64,000 bases of DNA from Gemmatimonadales bacterium. GTDB lineage: Bacteria > Gemmatimonadota > Gemmatimonadetes > Gemmatimonadales > GWC2-71-9. Below, piece by piece: positions 60,965 to 64,000 of this stretch (the first letter of the stretch is position 1; every line of letters starts with the position of its first letter). The notes under the pieces were generated by a model. It made no database searches and was not told the origin of the DNA. It worked only from the letters and a program-made list of their open reading frames with translations. Position numbers and translations under genes: made by a program. The stretch covers positions 3,648,001 through 3,712,000 of the forward strand of contig OZ252244.1 of assembly GCA_965249575.1 (NCBI GenBank). The letters are read 5' to 3'.

Positions 60965-62395
60965 CTACATCCCGACCCAGACGGATTTCACTTCTGTATA
61001 TCCATCGAGCGCCTCACGTCCAAGGTCTCGGCCGAACCCACTTGCCTTGTACCCCCCGAATGGCGCCGAGGCATCATAGAAATTGTACGTGTTGATCCAA
61101 ACCGTGCCGGCCCGTACGGCCCGCGCTACGCGATGCGCCTTTTGCACGTCTTTTGTCCAGATGCCGGCGGCGAGGCCATAAATCGTGCGGTTGGCGAGGT
61201 CGATCCCCTCGTCGACGCCGTCGAACGTGAGCACGGACAAGACCGGCCCGAATATCTCCTCGTCGACGATCCTCATTCCAGGGGCGGCGCCGTCGAAGAC
61301 CGTCGCCTCGACATAGTAGCCCTTGCCGTTCACTTGTGCGGCGTTGCCGCCGGCCACCAAGCTCGCCTCCTTCTTGCCCGACTCGATGTAGGACATCACC
61401 GTTTCCTGCTGCCGCTTGGAGACGACGGCGCCCAGCTTGGTGGTCTTTTCGAGCGGATCACCGGGAGTGAGCTTGCGTGCTCGGGCTGCGAGCTCCTCGA
61501 CGACCTGGTCGTGAACCGAGCGCTCGACCAGCAGGCGCGAGCCCGCCGCGCACACCTCGCCTTTCCCGTAGAAGATTCCATTCTGCGCGCCTCGGACAGC
61601 CGATTTGAGGTCGGCGTCAGCGAAGATGATGTTGGGACTCTTGCCGCCGAGCTCGAGGGAGACGCGTTTGAGCGTGTCCACGCCGTCGCGCATGATCTGT
61701 TTGCCGACTTCGGTCGATCCGGTGAACGCGATCTTGTCCACCTGGGGGTGCTGCACCAGTGTGCGGCCGGTGGTGGATCCGCTGCCGGGGATGACGTTGA
61801 ACGCACCGGGTGGGAAACCCGCCTCGAGCATGATCTCCGCCATCGCCAGCGCTGTCAGCGGCGTCTCGGTGGCCGGCTTGAGGATCACGGTGCACCCGGC
61901 CGCGAGGGCCGGAGCGAATTTCCAGCTGGCGAGGTTGAGCGGGAAGTTCCATGGCACGATGGCGCCCACGACGCCGACCGGCTCGCGCAGCGTGTAGATG
62001 AAGTGCGGGCCGTTGGATGGGAGCGTAGTGCCGGTGAGCTTGTCGGCCCACCCCGCGTAGTATCGGAGCGTCTGCACGGCCATCGCCACGTCGATCTTCG
62101 ATTCGAATAGTGGCTTGCCGTTCTGGAGCGTCTCGAGCTTCGCCATCTCGTTGCGCCCCTGCTCCAGGAGGTCACCGGCTCGGTAGAGCATCTCGCCTCG
62201 CTTGCGCGCGGCGAGCGATTGCCACTCGGCGCTCTCGAAGCAGGTGCGGGCGGAGGTGACTGCCTGGTCGACGTCGCTGTCGGCCGCAAAGGCGACCTCA
62301 GCGAGTACCTCCTCGGTGGCCGGATTGGTCACCTCGAAGCGCTTGCCCCCTCCCGGCGCGCGCCACTCGTTGGCGATGAAGAGATCGGTCTTCAC
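60965..62395 (-). CDS. aldehyde dehydrogenase
   Basis: PWNFP, FTGSTEVG, LELGGKSP, GEVCAAGSR, EEIFGPV. Confidence 0.93.
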   Translation of the reverse strand: MKTDLFIANEWRAPGGGKRFEVTNPATEEVLAEVAFAADSDVDQAVTSARTCFESAEWQSLAARKRGEMLYRAGDLLEQGRNEMAKLETLQNGKPLFESKIDVAMAVQTLRYYAGWADKLTGTTLPSNGPHFIYTLREPVGVVGAIVPWNFPLNLASWKFAPALAAGCTVILKPATETPLTALAMAEIMLEAGFPPGAFNVIPGSGSTTGRTLVQHPQVDKIAFTGSTEVGKQIMRDGVDTLKRVSLELGGKSPNIIFADADLKSAVRGAQNGIFYGKGEVCAAGSRLLVERSVHDQVVEELAARARKLTPGDPLEKTTKLGAVVSKRQQETVMSYIESGKKEASLVAGGNAAQVNGKGYYVEATVFDGAAPGMRIVDEEIFGPVLSVLTFDGVDEGIDLANRTIYGLAAGIWTKDVQKAHRVARAVRAGTVWINTYNFYDASAPFGGYKASGFGRDLGREALDGYTEVKSVWVGM

Positions 62396-63234
62396 TAGGT
62401 TCCCTTGAACGCAGCCATGCGCTTTTCGACATAAGCGGCCAGTCCCTCTTTCGCGTCATCACTCTGGAAGAGCTGTTGCTGCAACTCCCGCTCGATGGCG
62501 AGTCCGCTCTCGAATGGAACTTCCAGTCCCGAGCACACCGCTCGCTTGATCAGTCCCACGGCCTTTGAGGCCTTGTTGGGCGGGCAGAACTGCTTCGCGT
62601 AGAGCAGCACCTGCTCCCAGAACGAATCGCGCGAGAACACCTCGTTGACGAGCCCGAGCTCCTGCGCCTTCTCGAAGGAGAACGTCTCGCCCTTGATCAT
62701 CATCTCGATCGCTCGCGACTTCCCGACGATCCGGGAAAGGCGCTGCGTTCCCCCGGTGCCGGGAAGCACGCCCAGGTTCACCTCCGGGAGCCCGATCTTG
62801 CCGGCGTCTTTCGCGGCGAGCCTGATGTCGCAGGCCATCGCAATCTCGAGTCCCCCACCGACCGTATGGCCGTTCAGCGCGGCGATCGAAAGCTTGGGCG
62901 TGTGCTCGAGCCGGTTTAGGGTCTCGTTCGCGTGCAGGCAGAAGAAGTACTTGAACCGCGGCGCCACCTCGGAGAGCATCTTGATGTTCGCGCCCGCGGA
63001 GAAGAATTTCTCGCCCTTGCCGCGCAGCAGGATCACGTGCACGCTGTCGTCCATCCGGGCTTCGAGAATCGCCTCGTCGAGCTGGCGGTTCATTGCGTAG
63101 GTGTAGGTATTCGCCGGCGGGTCGTTGAGCTCGAGGATGGCGAGCCCGTCTTCGACCCGGTACTCGACCAGGCGTTCAACTCCGCTCTTGGCGGCCTTCG
63201 TGTTCTTCGTTTTCGGGGTCGCGGTGGTTGCCAT
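62395..63234 (-). CDS. single-domain crotonase resembling the BoxC N-terminal domain
   Basis: FSAGANIKML..K..FC..NET.N.LE, GGGLE, LPEVNLGVLPGTGG. Confidence 0.75.
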   Translation of the reverse strand: MATTATPKTKNTKAAKSGVERLVEYRVEDGLAILELNDPPANTYTYAMNRQLDEAILEARMDDSVHVILLRGKGEKFFSAGANIKMLSEVAPRFKYFFCLHANETLNRLEHTPKLSIAALNGHTVGGGLEIAMACDIRLAAKDAGKIGLPEVNLGVLPGTGGTQRLSRIVGKSRAIEMMIKGETFSFEKAQELGLVNEVFSRDSFWEQVLLYAKQFCPPNKASKAVGLIKRAVCSGLEVPFESGLAIERELQQQLFQSDDAKEGLAAYVEKRMAAFKGT

Positions 63235-63240
63235 GGTGGG

Positions 63241-63840
63241 TCAGTCTCCTTGGGGGACGGAAAAGGGAGAGGGCGCCGTCAGGCCGTCGAGAAACAGCCT
63301 CGCGAACTGATCCGCAAGCTGTTCGGGTGGTACCGGGCCTGCCGGATCGTACCAGTTGTATATCCAGTTCATCATGCCGAAGAGCGCGTAGGCGGCGAGC
63401 CGGCCGTCCAATCGCACGTCGCCCTCGACGGCAGCGATGATCCCGAACAGCAATTCGACGTACCGGCGCTTGAGCGCGTTGATCTCGGCGAGCGGCGCGC
63501 CGCGCAGGCTTTCCGCCTCGTGCGACAGCACTTTCATCTCGTTCTTGTGTCGCGCGAAGAAGGTCACGTGATGGTGGACGAACCGCTCGAGGCGATCCCT
63601 CGGGCCAGTTCCGGCGTCGACGGCGGCCTCGGCACCGGTGATGACTCGCTCGAAGCATCGGCGCTGAATCAGGAACAGCAGCTCGTCCTTGCCGCGCACG
63701 TAGTGGTACATGCCAGCGAGGCTCATCCCCGTTGCGAGAGCCAAACCCCGCATGGTCGTGGGATGGTAGCCCTTTCGGGCGAATTCCTGTGCGGCGATCG
63801 CCAGGAGGTGCTCGAGCCGCTCGTCGTAGGGTTCGGCCAT
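63241..63840 (-). CDS. TetR-family regulator (PaaR/KstR2-like)
   Basis: AAQEFARKGYHPTTMR..GMYHY..KDELL; C-terminal GMMNWIYNWY.P.G. Confidence 0.9.
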   Translation of the reverse strand: MAEPYDERLEHLLAIAAQEFARKGYHPTTMRGLALATGMSLAGMYHYVRGKDELLFLIQRRCFERVITGAEAAVDAGTGPRDRLERFVHHHVTFFARHKNEMKVLSHEAESLRGAPLAEINALKRRYVELLFGIIAAVEGDVRLDGRLAAYALFGMMNWIYNWYDPAGPVPPEQLADQFARLFLDGLTAPSPFSVPQGD

Positions 63841-63885
63841 TCGAACGTTCGTTCGAAAGGTAGACGGAGAGACACAACCGGTCAA
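63840..63885 (-). promoter_or_regulatory. promoter and palindromic TetR operator
   Basis: Minus strand TTGACC-17 nt-TACCTT (63885-63857); inverted repeat TTCGAACG-TT-CGTTCGAA at 63840-63857. Confidence 0.75.
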
Positions 63886-64000
63886 CCCGACAACTCATGT
63901 CGTGTTTACGCCGTTCGGAGACCTCCAACCTCGCTTGGACCAGCAACTGATTGCGGTGTAGGTGCTTGCTGGCTCTCGATGAGGTCCAGATCGGGTGTCA

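Noticed and set aside
60290..62110. 606-aa plus-strand ORF
   Set aside because: Antisense shadow of the ALDH and thiolase genes; no motifs; expected in high-GC DNA.
63886..64000. Possible gene end at the right edge
   Set aside because: No recognisable protein in any frame.

Overview
High-GC bacterial chromosomal window, almost entirely coding. Gene order and protein style suggest Gemmatimonadota (inference, not tested). Left to right: frameshifted HtrA/DegP and truA; trpD with a convergent lexA; a coupled run trpC-trpB-[HEAT protein + HD-GYP]-trpA-folB-folK-[47-codon panB remnant]-panC-HD-LytR_C; rlmN; aspS-phoH-7TM/HD-ybeY-2xCorC-DUF502; a B12 acyl-CoA mutase cluster with isobutyryl-CoA-mutase-type residues, interrupted by a GGQ-less eRF1-fold gene and followed by a carboxyltransferase, a TPPII-like S8 protease, split AtuA and a crotonase; a truncated Na/Pi transporter and nonsense-disrupted recQ; a second HEAT protein, treT, acyl-CoA dehydrogenase, M28 peptidase, radical SAM-rng-rplU-rpmA and an M16 pair lacking HxxEH. 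The last ~9 kb is the best novel-system candidate: a compact aromatic-CoA epoxidation cluster (short BoxB, single-domain BoxC, ALDH, thiolase, crotonases, amidohydrolase; no BoxA or ligase in view) under a TetR with a PaaR-type palindromic operator. A tandem direct-repeat LexA operator candidate is visible. No rRNA, tRNA, CRISPR or mobile element was seen. All calls are by-eye motif recognition; no searches were run.
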